In this document: piece after piece, positions 41,099 to 53,149 of the stretch
How the letters are laid out: each line of letters starts with the position of its first letter
How positions within the stretch are numbered: the stretch's first letter is position 1
DNA from: Paramoeba atlantica
Taxonomy: Eukaryota; Protista; Discosea
Direction: 5' to 3'
DNA: 64,000 nucleotides
NCBI GenBank assembly: GCA_977017575.1
Contig: CDRNVI010000016.1
Coordinates: forward strand, 372,001-436,000
Position numbers and translations under genes: made by a program
Notes under the pieces: model-generated
The model's database searches: none
What the model was told of the DNA's origin: nothing
What the model saw: the letters and a program-made list of their open reading frames with translations, nothing else

Positions 41099-43021
41099 AT
41101 GTCCCTTTGTAGCTCTGCGTCGTCATTGTTCGAATATTACACCAAGGAGCAGCCCATATTTGCTGACGACGTGGATTCTAATAATTTCTTGCGATGCGTT
41201 CAACTGCCACTTCCCACTACCTTTTGGATTAACGAGATGGACGCGAAAGCTTCCCTTGTTAATGACTTAATAAAAGAATTTCACTCTTTCATCAAGCCAT
41301 TGGAGTGGTACCCCAACCCGAAAAAAGCGTGGAGAGTAGCTGCTTCGCGCTCAGAGTTGAAGGAAGATCCTCTTCTTCGGGAATTACACAAAAGACTCGT
41401 CTTATTTAGTACGTTAGGAGTGATATATCGGCAAGAGGAAGTCAGTATGATACCCGTAGTTCTGTTAAATGTAGAGGGAGGTGAGAAGTGTTTAGACATG
41501 TGTGCTTCTCCGGGGTCGAAAACAGCTCAAATACTGCACATGATGTGGGAGAGGACACAAAATGCGCAGCAATCCAACTTATCAATGAATTACCATTCTT
41601 CGGGACTCGTCATCGCTAATGATAATGATCCGCGCAGGGCGAACATGCTCATACACAGGTTGAAGAGACTCCATTGTATGTATCCCTATACTGTGTTTAC
41701 GACCCATGACGCAAGACGTTTTCCTCATTTTGACTCTGAACTGAGGTTCGATAAAGTTTTATGCGATGTCCCTTGTTCAGGTGATGGTACTCTTCGAAAG
41801 AACACGATTATATTCAAGCAATGGTCCAAATCTCGAGCATACATATTGAATCCGACTCAATTTAAAATTGCTGTTCGCGGCGCACATCTGATGAAAGTGG
41901 GGGGACGTCTCGTGTACAGTACTTGTTCCTTGAATCCAATAGAAAATGAGGCAGTAGTTTATCATTTGCTTCTACACGCCAAAGGAGCGTTGGAGCTTGT
42001 AGAAATGAGGCATCTGCTCTCCAATTTTCGTACAAGAACTGGATTAACTAGGTGGAGCCTACACGCTGAACAGCAGGAAGTAACAGCAGTACGTTTAAGT
42101 GATCTTCCGAACAAGGAAACTGGGACGGGTCAAGGTGGGAAAACAAGTCGTAAGCCGGTACAATATTCTATTCCAAAAACTGCTTATCCTCCTACCGATG
42201 ATAATGATACCGCTCGCCAGCTACATAAGTGTATACGTGTAGCTCCACACGATCAAGACACTGGTGGCTTCTTTATTGCTGTGCTACACAAACTCTGTGA
42301 ACTTCCGGAAACCCCTACTGGGGGTGCAAATGGCGATGTTGAAACCCCACTGCGATCTTATGAGTCGCCTTATTACACTGCGCCACCGTCAACAACAACG
42401 TCTTTGAGAGAATTTCATGGGCTCAACCTCAATAAAGAGAACAACTGGACTTTCGAAAACTTGTTTTTCCGACATCGTGATGCAGAAAGCGCCTCGGATC
42501 GCAACTCTCAAGAAGGAAATACCATTTATCTTGCTAGCAAGCAAGTCAGTAAATTATTAGCGTGTTCCAACATCCCGTATAATATAGTTAACGCTGGCTT
42601 ACGATTGTTTGTGAGGGACAGACAACAAGGTGTAGTTTGTGTGTGGCGACCTTGTAATGAAGGCGCAACGATCATCTATTCCGCGCTTTCGGAGATAACG
42701 AACAATCGTGTGCTTTCACTGTCTTATCTAGAAGGGGACGAAATTCTGAAATTGACGAATAAAACGATTGCAACGAAGGATATTCGTAACCAAGATCTGA
42801 GGCAGAAGGTATGGTCCCTTTCTCCAGGGGGGTTGATCCTGTTAATAGAATCAAAGTTCCGGAATAGGCATCCTATTATTGTTGCAGGGTTGCGTTTGGC
42901 AGGAAGTCTACAAATCTGTGCGGAAAGCGCTGAGATTCCGCTCTTGTTGCTTCAATTGGGCGAAACAACACAGAATGAGAAGACAATTCTTAGTGATGGA
43001 TTGAAACAGTTAAGTTTATGA
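41099..43021 (+). CDS. NSUN2: tRNA (cytosine-5)-methyltransferase NSUN2/Trm4
   Basis: RQEEVSMIP, LDMCASPGSKTAQ, FDKVLCDVPCSGDGT, VYSTCSLNPIENEAVV, PHDQDTGGFFIAVL. Confidence 0.95.
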   Translation: MSLCSSASSLFEYYTKEQPIFADDVDSNNFLRCVQLPLPTTFWINEMDAKASLVNDLIKEFHSFIKPLEWYPNPKKAWRVAASRSELKEDPLLRELHKRLVLFSTLGVIYRQEEVSMIPVVLLNVEGGEKCLDMCASPGSKTAQILHMMWERTQNAQQSNLSMNYHSSGLVIANDNDPRRANMLIHRLKRLHCMYPYTVFTTHDARRFPHFDSELRFDKVLCDVPCSGDGTLRKNTIIFKQWSKSRAYILNPTQFKIAVRGAHLMKVGGRLVYSTCSLNPIENEAVVYHLLLHAKGALELVEMRHLLSNFRTRTGLTRWSLHAEQQEVTAVRLSDLPNKETGTGQGGKTSRKPVQYSIPKTAYPPTDDNDTARQLHKCIRVAPHDQDTGGFFIAVLHKLCELPETPTGGANGDVETPLRSYESPYYTAPPSTTTSLREFHGLNLNKENNWTFENLFFRHRDAESASDRNSQEGNTIYLASKQVSKLLACSNIPYNIVNAGLRLFVRDRQQGVVCVWRPCNEGATIIYSALSEITNNRVLSLSYLEGDEILKLTNKTIATKDIRNQDLRQKVWSLSPGGLILLIESKFRNRHPIIVAGLRLAGSLQICAESAEIPLLLLQLGETTQNEKTILSDGLKQLSL

Positions 43022-43238
43022 TTATTAGACTGCGAAAAAATGAGCCGCATCGCATTCACTCTATAGAAAATACAAAGCACGATATACATGTATGATGTCT
43101 TTGACATTCGAGGAACTACTGTGCATCAAGATGGCGGAAAGAGTAAAAACTTAAGATATTTGTATATTGCAGAACTTATATATACTTATATATACTCCTT
43201 TTTATTCTTTTGTTGTCTTTACCTTCTTTTCGGTTTCA

Positions 43239-43724
43239 ATGGTCAAGTGCACTAAAGTTCGCAAGTCGTTGCAACCAGGGACGGTATGTATTGTTCTCGC
43301 CGGTCCATACAGGGGGAGGCGCGTCGTAAATTTGGGTCCTGTGGGTACTCAAGGCCTGATTGCTGTTACCGGACCCTTTAAGCTTAACGGTGTACCCTTG
43401 CGGCGTGTTGATCCGGCTTACGTAATTGCTACATCCACAAAAGTCGATATCTCAAACGTGGACTGTACCGAAGTGGAAAATAAACTTTTTGGGAAGGCGA
43501 AAAAGGCTATGCGAAAGCGGTCCGAGAAGCAGTTTCTGAAGATGAAGGAGTCAACAAAAGTGGCGGATGAAATGAAAGCCATGTTTGATGTGCGCAAGAA
43601 GCTTCAAATAAAGATTGATGAAAGTATTCTTAAGAATTTGTCGAAGACTCCGAGTATGGCCAAATATATTGCATCACGTTTCACTCTTCGGCGAAATGAA
43701 GCTCCGCACAAGATGAAGTTTTAA
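43239..43724 (+). CDS. RPL6: 60S ribosomal protein L6 (eL6)
   Basis: RKSLQPGTVCIVLAGPYRGRRVV, VTGPFKLNGVPLRRV...YVIATSTKVD, FTLRRNEAPHKMKF. Confidence 0.96.
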   Translation: MVKCTKVRKSLQPGTVCIVLAGPYRGRRVVNLGPVGTQGLIAVTGPFKLNGVPLRRVDPAYVIATSTKVDISNVDCTEVENKLFGKAKKAMRKRSEKQFLKMKESTKVADEMKAMFDVRKKLQIKIDESILKNLSKTPSMAKYIASRFTLRRNEAPHKMKF

Positions 43725-43946
43725 GAGAAAGTTGTAGGTTGGGCATGACAGTAAGCAATAAAGCCATTAATCAGTGTAATTAGATTCCTTAAGATTAGCT
43801 AAGAAATACATGCTTCTGACATAATTCTGAATTAAAAAAAACAAGCACAACTTTAATTCGCGAGAAAATCAACTCATGAGCGAAAATAATTTTGTTTCTA
43901 CTACTGATAATCATATGTATATTCAATACTAATAATTTTACTCAGC

Positions 43947-46046
43947 ATGGGTACTCTTGTTTCGAACGTCGACCTCGGGAGAACAGATGCAGCTGGGCCG
44001 ATGTGTTGCACTGCAAGTTGTGCTCCAGGGCCAATGCATTCCCTGAAAACTACGGATCGACACCATGTTGGTATGTCACACTCCTCACGTTCCCAGGGTC
44101 GTCTCACGGCTCACATAAGCTCCACAGGTTTTACCAGTGTTGAGACGTACTCTTCCAGCGCACAGGCCGAGAGACCCCTTATCGAAACAGAAGGCCTATC
44201 TTCACGAAGTTCTGTAGATCACACCTCCACGAGTGAGACAGAGGAAATCTCGAGTAGTTCTAAATCGCGAATTCGAGTGGTGATTCGTAAACGCCCAATC
44301 AACGCCATGGACCGGCGCTCTGCGGAGAACGTAGAGGACGTCGTGCGGTGCGACAACCAAAGAACAGTTCAGGTCGCGGAGCCCCGCCAGAAGGTGGATT
44401 TAACAAAATACACGAGCCTGCACACCTTTCGGTTTGATGAAGCTTTGTCTGAGGAAACGTCCAACGCAGAGGTGTACCATCGTTGCGTGCGACACCTCGT
44501 GGAGACCGTATTTGAGGGCGGAACGGCCACCTGTTTTGCGTATGGACAAACAGGTAGTGGAAAAACGCACACAATGATTGGGGCAGCCAACAGTCCAGGA
44601 ATGTACTACTTAGCGTGTAGAGACCTCTTTGGCCGTCTTGTTGATAACATGTTTATTACGGCTTCCTTTTATGAAATCTACTCTGGAAAACTGTTTGATC
44701 TGTTGGGCGATCGAAAACCTCTTCGTTGCTTGGAGGATTCGAAGCAGAATGTGAATATTTGTGGACTTACGGAACATCGCATCCCTGATGCCGAAGAACT
44801 GATGCGTGTTATGGTGGTAGGAGAGGGAAACCGTTCGCAAGGTTCGACGGGAGCGAACGACACCAGTAGTCGCTCGCACGCTATCTTGGTCGTAAAGGTG
44901 CGCAGAGATGACCACTCTGTGTTAGGAAAGTTTTCCTTCATTGATCTCGCCGGCTCCGAGAGAGGAGCTGATACAATGCATTCAGAAAGGACCACTCGAT
45001 TGGAAGGAGCACAAATCAACAAATCGCTACTTGCATTAAAGGAATGCATAAGATCGCTCGACCTGGGGCACCGTCATGTACCATTTCGCGGATCTAAGCT
45101 TACTGAGGTGCTTCGGGACAGTTTTATAGGAAATGCCCGCACGGTGATGATAGGCAACGTTTCTCCTGCCTCAACGAGTTGCGAACACACACTGAATACA
45201 CTACGCTACGCGGACCGTGTGAAAGAACTTAGGCACGGGACGCGGGGATCTCCTGCTTGTGAAGCCATGCTGGGACCTACTCCGACAGAGAGTGTGGCAG
45301 TTCTGGAGCCGAAGCGTCCGCCACGAGCATTCTCCGCCTTTTCAGCTGTTAGTCAGAGTCGAACAGTGCAGCAAACCTCAACGAGCACCGTGACGCAAGG
45401 AAGAAAGTCATATTTTGCTGGAAGAACGAAAGTTACACGTCCTGTGGGACTAACAGAACCGTATGTAGCACAAGACAAGGGGCGTCGGTCTAAAAGTGCC
45501 ACCCTGTTAGGCCGGCTGACTAGTAGCGAGCGAAATAGGGATGCATCAATGCCAAGGGACCCACACAGCCATGAAACTAAATCGGACATGGGCTATTTAT
45601 CGGAGCACTCAAGTTACGCTTCGAGTACGACTCCTTTGGAAGAGGCGCTGGATACTGAGGGTTTGTGTGATATGGATGTCGAGTCCTATTTAGAAAGTTC
45701 CGAGTCTCACAGAAGCGGAACCTTTGCGGGAGACTCTAAGGATTATACTGATGAACATGATAACATAGTGTCAAAAATTCTTACTTTAGAAGAAGATCTC
45801 ACATTGTGTCATCGTATGGAAATGGAACAGACACTTGAATCAATGCGTAAGGAAGGTACCCAGCTACAAAACTTTGACAATGGATTGGATACCGATGTAT
45901 GCGGTTTGCTGGCACAGTTGGAAGAATCCGTTCTAGCAAGGCGAAAATTGTGTGACAGGCAGTTAGAAAGGTTATCAACATTGCGCGATCTAGTTCAGCA
46001 AGAGGAAAGAATTGCCCGCCACATGGCGCAACACTCAATAAAATAG
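43947..46046 (+). CDS. KIN13: Kinesin-13 family microtubule depolymerase
   Basis: KVDLTKY loop-2 motif, [44 protein letters not shown] (KEC motif), [10 protein letters not shown]. Confidence 0.95.
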   Translation: MGTLVSNVDLGRTDAAGPMCCTASCAPGPMHSLKTTDRHHVGMSHSSRSQGRLTAHISSTGFTSVETYSSSAQAERPLIETEGLSSRSSVDHTSTSETEEISSSSKSRIRVVIRKRPINAMDRRSAENVEDVVRCDNQRTVQVAEPRQKVDLTKYTSLHTFRFDEALSEETSNAEVYHRCVRHLVETVFEGGTATCFAYGQTGSGKTHTMIGAANSPGMYYLACRDLFGRLVDNMFITASFYEIYSGKLFDLLGDRKPLRCLEDSKQNVNICGLTEHRIPDAEELMRVMVVGEGNRSQGSTGANDTSSRSHAILVVKVRRDDHSVLGKFSFIDLAGSERGADTMHSERTTRLEGAQINKSLLALKECIRSLDLGHRHVPFRGSKLTEVLRDSFIGNARTVMIGNVSPASTSCEHTLNTLRYADRVKELRHGTRGSPACEAMLGPTPTESVAVLEPKRPPRAFSAFSAVSQSRTVQQTSTSTVTQGRKSYFAGRTKVTRPVGLTEPYVAQDKGRRSKSATLLGRLTSSERNRDASMPRDPHSHETKSDMGYLSEHSSYASSTTPLEEALDTEGLCDMDVESYLESSESHRSGTFAGDSKDYTDEHDNIVSKILTLEEDLTLCHRMEMEQTLESMRKEGTQLQNFDNGLDTDVCGLLAQLEESVLARRKLCDRQLERLSTLRDLVQQEERIARHMAQHSIK

Positions 46047-46455
46047 AAGTCATTAATGTACGAGGAAATGTTGCATCAATGTCAAGGTGGTAAATAGAAT
46101 GACGTATAAGACAATATCGCACACAAGATGTAGCTTCACCGACACAACGATTTGCAAACAATCTAAGAAAATTCACGCACAAAGTTTGTAGCAATTCATC
46201 ACGCCGAGGATTAGTAAAGTGCCAGAATTTTTATCCAGAGTGTATTCAAAGTGAGTGTTGCATTCCAAGTCAGCAAAAGAGTTGTGTTTTTCGGTGTTAT
46301 GCTTTCATGTAATTACTAATTCTGAATATAAGGAATCGGAGAAAGGTACTAGTTGTACTATTTGGTACTTAATCTAAGAACCGATTGACTATTTCTGTAC
46401 TTATGGAGTGGAACAGTTAAATGCACTTCTCTTCCTCACTTACCGACTCGACAAA

Positions 46456-48237
46456 ATGAAACAATCCGAGCGTCTTGAACAGTTCCTTCAAAAGCGACGA
46501 GCATCGAAAACGCCCCGAAAACGGGATTTTTCTACGAGCAATACAGAAAGAAATTCAAGTACTCCGCACGGGAAGAAAGGATTTTCTCTCACCTCCTCAC
46601 CAGTGGCGTCGGCTCGACCACAAAAACTTCATCTTGCATCACCAATCTCCCCTTCATGCGTCAAAGTCATTATTGAACGCGAAAATCAAAACCGTGATGC
46701 TTCTCCGGAGTATCGAAGAGTATTGTTCTCAGAGGCTCCACGGGAACTTCATAAAAGCATTGAACGAAGCACCAGAAGCGAATCTAAGGTACCAACTACA
46801 GTCACTTCAGAGAACTCTATTTTACCTACGACCACTTTGTTCAACGACGAAGCTGAGAGTGCAAGAACGGATTCTATTTCTAGAAATTTGCTTTCTGATC
46901 TCGATAGCGTTTCTGCGGAAAAATCATTCGTCCCGATGGAAACTCACACACATACGCCATCTCATGTTTCATGGAATAGAGCGAGCAACCCGCCTCATAC
47001 CTCTCCGGCAATCCGCACATTCCTACCGGACTCAAGACCACTGAGCTTAAATTTGTCTAATGAGAGCGTTGCACGGGTCGACACGCCTACAACTCAGAAA
47101 ATCGAGACACCGGAGATCGTCAAAGCCGAGGTTGCTAGCGACAAACACGCTTCGCCCATTCGAGGAATGGAAAATCAGGGAAATCGATGTTACCTCAATT
47201 CGCTGTTGGTCGCTATACGTAGCGATCCTGCACTGTATGCATGGGTAATGGGAGTGCCAAATGATTCCACATTAAGTCCCACGATACGGGGAGAAATAAA
47301 GAAAATTTTCCAGGAGACGTTCGTACCCACCGGCGATCCAGTCAGTCTGCGTGCACTCATCATGTTGCTCGGTAAACAAATGCCCATTTTTCGCTCCCGG
47401 CGTCAGCAGGATGTGCACGAAGCCTTTACTGTACTCCTATCTCTACTCATTGAAGAAGAGGACAAGCTCATGAAAGAGTCCTCTTTACTCGATAAGGCAG
47501 ACGTAGACGGCAGCCATGGTTCGCAGCCCGAAAAAGAGACACCCACGTTGTCACACCTTTTGCAAATGGAGATAGAAAACTCGATTAAATGTGACGAATG
47601 CCACCATCAAGTTGGTGTCGTAGAAAAGTCGACCATGCTGTCTCTCCCTGTGGAACCCGGATATCAGTCGAATGGTAACACTACGGACACCTCCCTCCCC
47701 CCCTTGTGTCTTGTTTTAGAGCAGCTCGTCCGCAAGGTCTTGTGTGAGAAAGAATACATCCAGCACGCCTGCGAGTCATGCGGCGCAACCCGCGCCCTCT
47801 CCACCCTTTCCCCATTGACGCTGCCGCAAGTTCTGGTTCTTCATCTTAAGCGCTTCGACGCGAGTGGTCGAAAAATCGTTCGTGAAGTTTTCACGACCCC
47901 TCGAATTCTGCTCTACACAAAAGCGGATGGCGCCATGTATGAATTTCGTTCCATGATTAGCCACGTGGGAGATCACGTCACCAGTGGGCATTACATTTGT
48001 GATTTCCAAGCGCATCACAGTGACACGGAGGTCTTTCCCACACGCGTGGGCCACGGAGACGACACCATCCTGCTGGACACAATGACACAAGACGATGGAG
48101 AAATCACCTCGGGGTCCGAACGTGGGGTGCCGATGATGGAAACGTTGGGACTTCGTGAACGGAAATCCTATTTAATCTTTTACACAAAAATAGGAAATCT
48201 TCCTCCCCAGGAAGTGATTAGAGAAGTTACGGTTTGA
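46456..48237 (+). CDS. Ubiquitin carboxyl-terminal hydrolase (USP/C19)
   Basis: GMENQGNRCYLNS Cys box, QQDVHEAF, LPQVLVLHLKRF, ISHVGDHVTSGHYICD His box. Confidence 0.92.
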   Translation: MKQSERLEQFLQKRRASKTPRKRDFSTSNTERNSSTPHGKKGFSLTSSPVASARPQKLHLASPISPSCVKVIIERENQNRDASPEYRRVLFSEAPRELHKSIERSTRSESKVPTTVTSENSILPTTTLFNDEAESARTDSISRNLLSDLDSVSAEKSFVPMETHTHTPSHVSWNRASNPPHTSPAIRTFLPDSRPLSLNLSNESVARVDTPTTQKIETPEIVKAEVASDKHASPIRGMENQGNRCYLNSLLVAIRSDPALYAWVMGVPNDSTLSPTIRGEIKKIFQETFVPTGDPVSLRALIMLLGKQMPIFRSRRQQDVHEAFTVLLSLLIEEEDKLMKESSLLDKADVDGSHGSQPEKETPTLSHLLQMEIENSIKCDECHHQVGVVEKSTMLSLPVEPGYQSNGNTTDTSLPPLCLVLEQLVRKVLCEKEYIQHACESCGATRALSTLSPLTLPQVLVLHLKRFDASGRKIVREVFTTPRILLYTKADGAMYEFRSMISHVGDHVTSGHYICDFQAHHSDTEVFPTRVGHGDDTILLDTMTQDDGEITSGSERGVPMMETLGLRERKSYLIFYTKIGNLPPQEVIREVTV

Positions 48238-48381
48238 TCATCTTCATATTGGTTCCGTGAAGTTCAAACTATACAGTGCTCTGAAATGCATTTCACAATT
48301 CTGTAGACGGATGAATGGAACCTTATTTATTATTTAATACATTACTAGATTCCTTTTATTTTTTAGCCTAATTCTGACGAT

Positions 48382-49059
48382 ATGGTGAGCTTGAAATTAC
48401 AAGCACGACTCGCCGCGGATATTCTAGGCTGTGGACGACGACGTGTATGGCTGGACCCGAACGAGGCGAGCAACATTGCGAGCGCAAACTCGCGTGCCAC
48501 AGTTCGTCGGCTCATCAAGGACTTCTTCATTATCCGTAAACCGAAGGAAATTCGTTCTCGCGCGCGCTGGGCCCGTCGAAAGGCAGCCAAGCGCTTGGGG
48601 CGGCACATGGGCATCGGACTCCGCCACGGTACGAAGGAGGCCCGGACTCCCTCGAAGAAGCTTTGGATACAGCGCGTGCGTGTGTTGCGTCGTCTCTTGG
48701 CGAAATATCGTGAGATGAGGAAGATTGACAAATACCTGTACCGCAAGCTGTATATTTCCATCAAAGGGAACGTGTTTCGTAACAAGCGTAATTTGATGGA
48801 ACATATCCACCGTGCCAAGAGTGAGCTTGTACGCGAGAAACAATTGGCCGATCAGTTGGAAGCGAAGAAACTGAAGAACATGCAGAAGCGAGAGAAGCTG
48901 CGGAAGCGAGAGCAACAGCGCCGGGAGAAGGAACGCGAAAAGGCACACGCTGCGAAACTTGAAGTAATTGCTCGACAAAAGGCCGCAAGCAAGCCCCAGA
49001 CGGGGAAGTCAGGGAAGAAAGCAGTCGCGCCTGCCACTAAGAAGACGAAAACAAAGTAA
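48382..49059 (+). CDS. RPL19: 60S ribosomal protein L19 (eL19) with basic C-terminal extension
   Basis: [56 protein letters not shown]. Confidence 0.98.
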   Translation: MVSLKLQARLAADILGCGRRRVWLDPNEASNIASANSRATVRRLIKDFFIIRKPKEIRSRARWARRKAAKRLGRHMGIGLRHGTKEARTPSKKLWIQRVRVLRRLLAKYREMRKIDKYLYRKLYISIKGNVFRNKRNLMEHIHRAKSELVREKQLADQLEAKKLKNMQKREKLRKREQQRREKEREKAHAAKLEVIARQKAASKPQTGKSGKKAVAPATKKTKTK

Positions 49060-49245
49060 GGAAAGTTGTTTGTGATAAAGGATCGTAAAAGTACGTAAAG
49101 TTCTTGTGTAACAAAGCGGATATTCGAAACAAATTATCATATCTTTTTATATTCATGCTGGGGTTGGATTGTTCTAGTTAAGGCAAGTTTTCTCTTATTT
49201 ACCTAATCCTAGATTGGTATGCATTTATAGAAGTAACAATGTAAA

Positions 49246-50961
49246 ATGTTTTTCGAGAAGAAGAGCCCGGGGACATGGACCTACCTCTGGTTTCTTTTCA
49301 CAGCTGCTGCGCGTTGTATGCTGAGCTGGAACCTTCCCATAGTAGATTGCGATGAGACGTATAACTATTGGGAACCGCTGCACTTTGTGTTGTATGGCTC
49401 TGGGATGCAGACATGGGAGTACTCGCCTCGTTACGCGCTCCGCAGTTGGCTGTATATTTTACTTCATGCCGGGCTCGCTTATCCAACCTATGCATTAGGG
49501 CTTCCGAAGCCCCTGGTGTTTAGAAGCGTCAGATGCCTGCTTGGAATTTTCGTTACCCTCTCCGAATACTATTTTTACAAGGGAGTGAGACATCGTTTTG
49601 GGTTCTCGATAGCAGCCCTTTCACTTTTGTTTATGTCTCTAAGCCCTGGAATAAATGCAGCTTCAGTTTCCTTCCTTCCCTCATCATTTGTAATGCTGAG
49701 CAACTTGCTAGTCTTTGGGGCCTGGATGAGGTATGGCACATCAAACCCAAAAAATTGGCAAATTGCATGCGCCTTCTCGATTGTTGGTTGCTTTGTGGGA
49801 TGGCCCTTTGGAGGACTTTGCTTGGTACCAATTGCCCTGCATACCCTGCACGTATACGGATGGAAACAACCTTTCGTATTCTGTTCAGTGTTATCTTTGT
49901 TCACATTTACAATGCTTTTTGTTACTGACTGGATGTGGTACTGTGTACCAGTTAGTTCATTTCTACGAATTTTGAGTTATAACGTGTTCTCACAGGATGG
50001 AGGTGGGGCCACTCTGTATGGGACGGAACCTTGGACGTTCTTCGTGAAGAATCTCGCGATGAACTTTTCCGTTGTTTTTCCGTTGTCTCTTATTTTACCC
50101 CTACGCTGGCTGCTGCAAATGATGAGTTTCCTTTATAATAAGGCGCGGAACAAAAAAGTCAAGAAGCACGTTCCATCACTTTCAACACCACTGCTATTCT
50201 GCCTGCCATACTACATATTCTTCGGTTTCTGGTTATTTGTCCCACATAAAGAGGAACGGTTTATGTTTCCTGTGTACCCATTGATATGTCTTTCGGCAGC
50301 AATAGCGTTTCAAAATATTTATTCGGTCTGGCAGCGACGCGGTTTCCACTACCATGTTGCAGCGCACAGAATCCTTATTGTCTTTTATGCCGTACTCTCT
50401 GTCGCTAGAATAGTTTTACTCTGCGTCGAGCACAGAGGTGCTGTGCAGCTGCATGAAAATCTTTTCCGCTCGATTCCTTCGGTCGAAAAGCATTACAAGC
50501 GTTGCGGAACCTTATGTAGCGGACGTTCAGTGACAGTATGTTATGGTAAAGAGTGGTATCGTTACCCCAGCTCTTTTTTTCTTCCAAAGCCTGACGTGAA
50601 TCATACTTACTCAATAGCGTATGTTCCGTCTGAGTTCCACGGACAATTGCCTGCGCCGTTCATGAACAGTTGCACAGACGGTACAAAGTTCAATCACTTG
50701 AATCAACGTATTGGGAACCTATACACATCTCCTGCGTCATGCGATTTTGTAATTGATTCATTAGAAACAGGCAGAGAATCTGATTTTTCGTCTGACCAAT
50801 GGGTGAAACTATATACGGCTTCAATTCTCGATCCTCCTCGCTCACCATTTTGGTCACGCTCCTTCTATATACCGTACTTGAGCCCTCAAGTAAATAATTA
50901 CATCAGTTTGGATCTACTAATACACAAAAAATATTGCTCTACCCATACCTTCCCCGTGTAA
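49246..50961 (+). CDS. ALG9: Alpha-1,2-mannosyltransferase ALG9 (GT22)
   Basis: DCDETYNYWEPLH, QTWEYSP.YALRSW, SFLPSSF, GWPF, PHKEERFMFPVYP, KEWYRYPSSFFLP. Confidence 0.95.
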   Translation: MFFEKKSPGTWTYLWFLFTAAARCMLSWNLPIVDCDETYNYWEPLHFVLYGSGMQTWEYSPRYALRSWLYILLHAGLAYPTYALGLPKPLVFRSVRCLLGIFVTLSEYYFYKGVRHRFGFSIAALSLLFMSLSPGINAASVSFLPSSFVMLSNLLVFGAWMRYGTSNPKNWQIACAFSIVGCFVGWPFGGLCLVPIALHTLHVYGWKQPFVFCSVLSLFTFTMLFVTDWMWYCVPVSSFLRILSYNVFSQDGGGATLYGTEPWTFFVKNLAMNFSVVFPLSLILPLRWLLQMMSFLYNKARNKKVKKHVPSLSTPLLFCLPYYIFFGFWLFVPHKEERFMFPVYPLICLSAAIAFQNIYSVWQRRGFHYHVAAHRILIVFYAVLSVARIVLLCVEHRGAVQLHENLFRSIPSVEKHYKRCGTLCSGRSVTVCYGKEWYRYPSSFFLPKPDVNHTYSIAYVPSEFHGQLPAPFMNSCTDGTKFNHLNQRIGNLYTSPASCDFVIDSLETGRESDFSSDQWVKLYTASILDPPRSPFWSRSFYIPYLSPQVNNYISLDLLIHKKYCSTHTFPV

Positions 50962-51372
50962 GTGTGTACGTACACGTGTAAGTTAGCCACTTACACTTAG
51001 TGTACACACTTTTTTTGTAACACGTTTTGTAAAGGTTGCACAGCGAAAAAATGATAATGTTTACTTACTGAACGAAACTAGTCAAGTTTAGTGTAGTGTT
51101 TCATCTGATTACATCCTTTCGTGACTTTTTTAAACGGTTTTATCTACTTTCTCTTACCATACGTAGTGGTTCACTGAACCACCTTTTGGTTCAATGGTTC
51201 ATCGGGTTCATTGAACCCATTTTTGAACCCACTGAACCCATTTCTAAAGTAAACAAGATTTCGAAAGACTTGGTATTTTAGGCTGCTTTCTCAGCTAAAA
51301 ACTCAGTATTTGCACATGAAGTGTTACAGAAACGGTATCTTTATCTTTAAAAGGATAATTATGCATGCCTTA

Positions 51373-52297
51373 GAGGGGTGACTCTGGGTGGGAGTGACTG
51401 GGAGCGCCTAGGATATCTTTCGTCAAAAATTTATTCCTTAGTTTCTTAATATTTTTTTCTTCAATCGGAAAATACAGAAATCATTTTACTGGAATTCTGC
51501 AGGACTTAAACGAGGGTTTGGGCATGTAATACACGTTAATAATACATTTTGCTAGGATTTTTTCCGACTTTTTTCGTGAAAAAAATCCGAACTTGGCGGG
51601 CCCATCCTGCGGATACCAGGGGGGGTCACCCCCACGTGGGGTTGTAAAATTTGTTCACTTTTTTTAGTAATCGAGGGTACAGCGGTAGTTAAACAACCAC
51701 AGCAATACGCCTAACGTTAGACGCCTAACGTAAGACCGTCGAAGCGGTGGGCTTTTCTTGGTCGAATGAGCAGAGCGTTGTAGGATCGGACTGCGTCAGA
51801 GACTCTGCTAGCTCACCCGCTAAAACTCCACCATCCCAGATTGTTGGTACGGGACGGTCCTGGCTGGAGAAACGAATTTTTTTACGCTTTTGACCACAGC
51901 TTGCGCGAGTGTAGTTCCACCTCCACCGAGGTTACAAGGTTGACACGCGGGAAAAGGTTGTTCTGATAACGTATTCCCGGCGATAGACTTGCCACGCCGT
52001 CTTACAACCCAGGAACGCGTTTAACGACCCCACGAATAGGGGTTAAACAGGAATAGGAATGGACAAATCCCTGCAGCTAACAGGAAGTCCTTACTTCGGA
52101 AAGCTGGGGCCACGCCCCATCAACGACGACAGCCCAACACCAGTCTCCCTTTCTAACTCTTTGTCATGTTAGCCCAGCACGTTCCATCCAAGGGACATTG
52201 AGGATTCTGCACCTCTTTGCGAAAATCATTTCACCAAGTCGGATCTCCGTAGAAGTTTACTGGGAGCGCCTGGGAGCGCCCGGGCAGGAGTCACCCC
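51373..52297. mobile_element. Putative TA-flanked MITE nested in the hAT-like element
   Basis: TA-GAGGGGTGACTC ... GAGTCACCCC-TA (right end 2 nt short) and CTGGGAGCGCC repeats near both ends. Confidence 0.45.
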
Positions 52298-52567
52298 TAA
52301 GTTTTCATCGCCCAAAATATTTTTTTTTATTTTTTTTTGGCCAGCCGAGTGCATCCTCGAGTCTTGGCAAACAAAGAAAAGAGTGAAGATAAATCATAAT
52401 AAAAAAATGTAAATGTATATCGATCACTACATATTACAGTACATAACATTGAGGCGACGCCTAGTTACGCCTCAAGATCAGAAAATTCAGAATTCAAATA
52501 CCGAATGTTACAGTGCACAAAGGCTAACAATGCGATCTTATCTGGCGCCATGCTAGCTTGTCGGCAG

Positions 52568-53149
52568 TTAAATTTGTGTCCCATAGCAGAAAGGACAGAA
52601 TCGTCCCATTACAGCTTTGGGAGTCTGATCGTCACGACTGATTCCTGAACAATGGTGGTTAAGGTGTATGTTGTATGTAGATTCGCAATGTGAATGAAAC
52701 ACCTCTTTGCAGTATCGACACCGAAGATGAAGAGAGTGTCCCGAGGCGTCCTTCAGTGCCTGTTCTTCATATTGGTTACGTACCTCGGCAGCTTTACATA
52801 CTGAATCATTGCTACACATCTCGTCAAGAAAATGAGCCTGAATGCTGGCTTTCTTGAGAAGATTTATACCTCCCCGTATTCGTGTCCTTTTCTTGGCCCG
52901 GTTCGGAGTCGCTTCAGCATCAAGGGAAGACTGGGAGGGAGCTTCCGAAATTCTTTGTGACATTGTAGCAGCTGCTTCTCGGCAGTCTCTATCCGAAGCA
53001 AGTGTTCTAGGAGGTGTTGCATCATCCTCTCCAGGCAAAATGTTCCCCGCGTTTCTTACTAAATTTGTTGGAGCGGTATTCGATGGAGATGGCGCTGGGG
53101 AATCTGAATCCGGTACAGAGCGGCGTGCTCGTGGCTTCTCTTTGGGCAT
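52568..53149 (-). pseudogene. Truncated transposase N-terminus with a BED-like zinc finger
   Basis: LRCRYCKEVFHSHCESTYNIHLNHHC preceded by a low-complexity, NLS-like region. No catalytic domain. Confidence 0.6.

Noticed and set aside
46392-46403. SL-like TTTCTGTACTTA upstream of the USP gene
   Set aside because: Only about 11 nt match in AT-rich DNA, which is compatible with chance.
48830-49059. Basic C-terminal extension of RPL19
   Set aside because: Extended L19 C-termini are already known in kinetoplastids.
51323-51339. Minus-strand GATACCGTTTCTGTAAC resembling the SL core
   Set aside because: One mismatch in 15 nt, but no SL-like 3' end or other context. Left unresolved rather than reported.
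51945-52100. Group I intron P/Q-like words (GCGGGAAAA, AATCCCTGCAGC)
   Set aside because: No R or S elements or P7 downstream, and no interrupted host gene.
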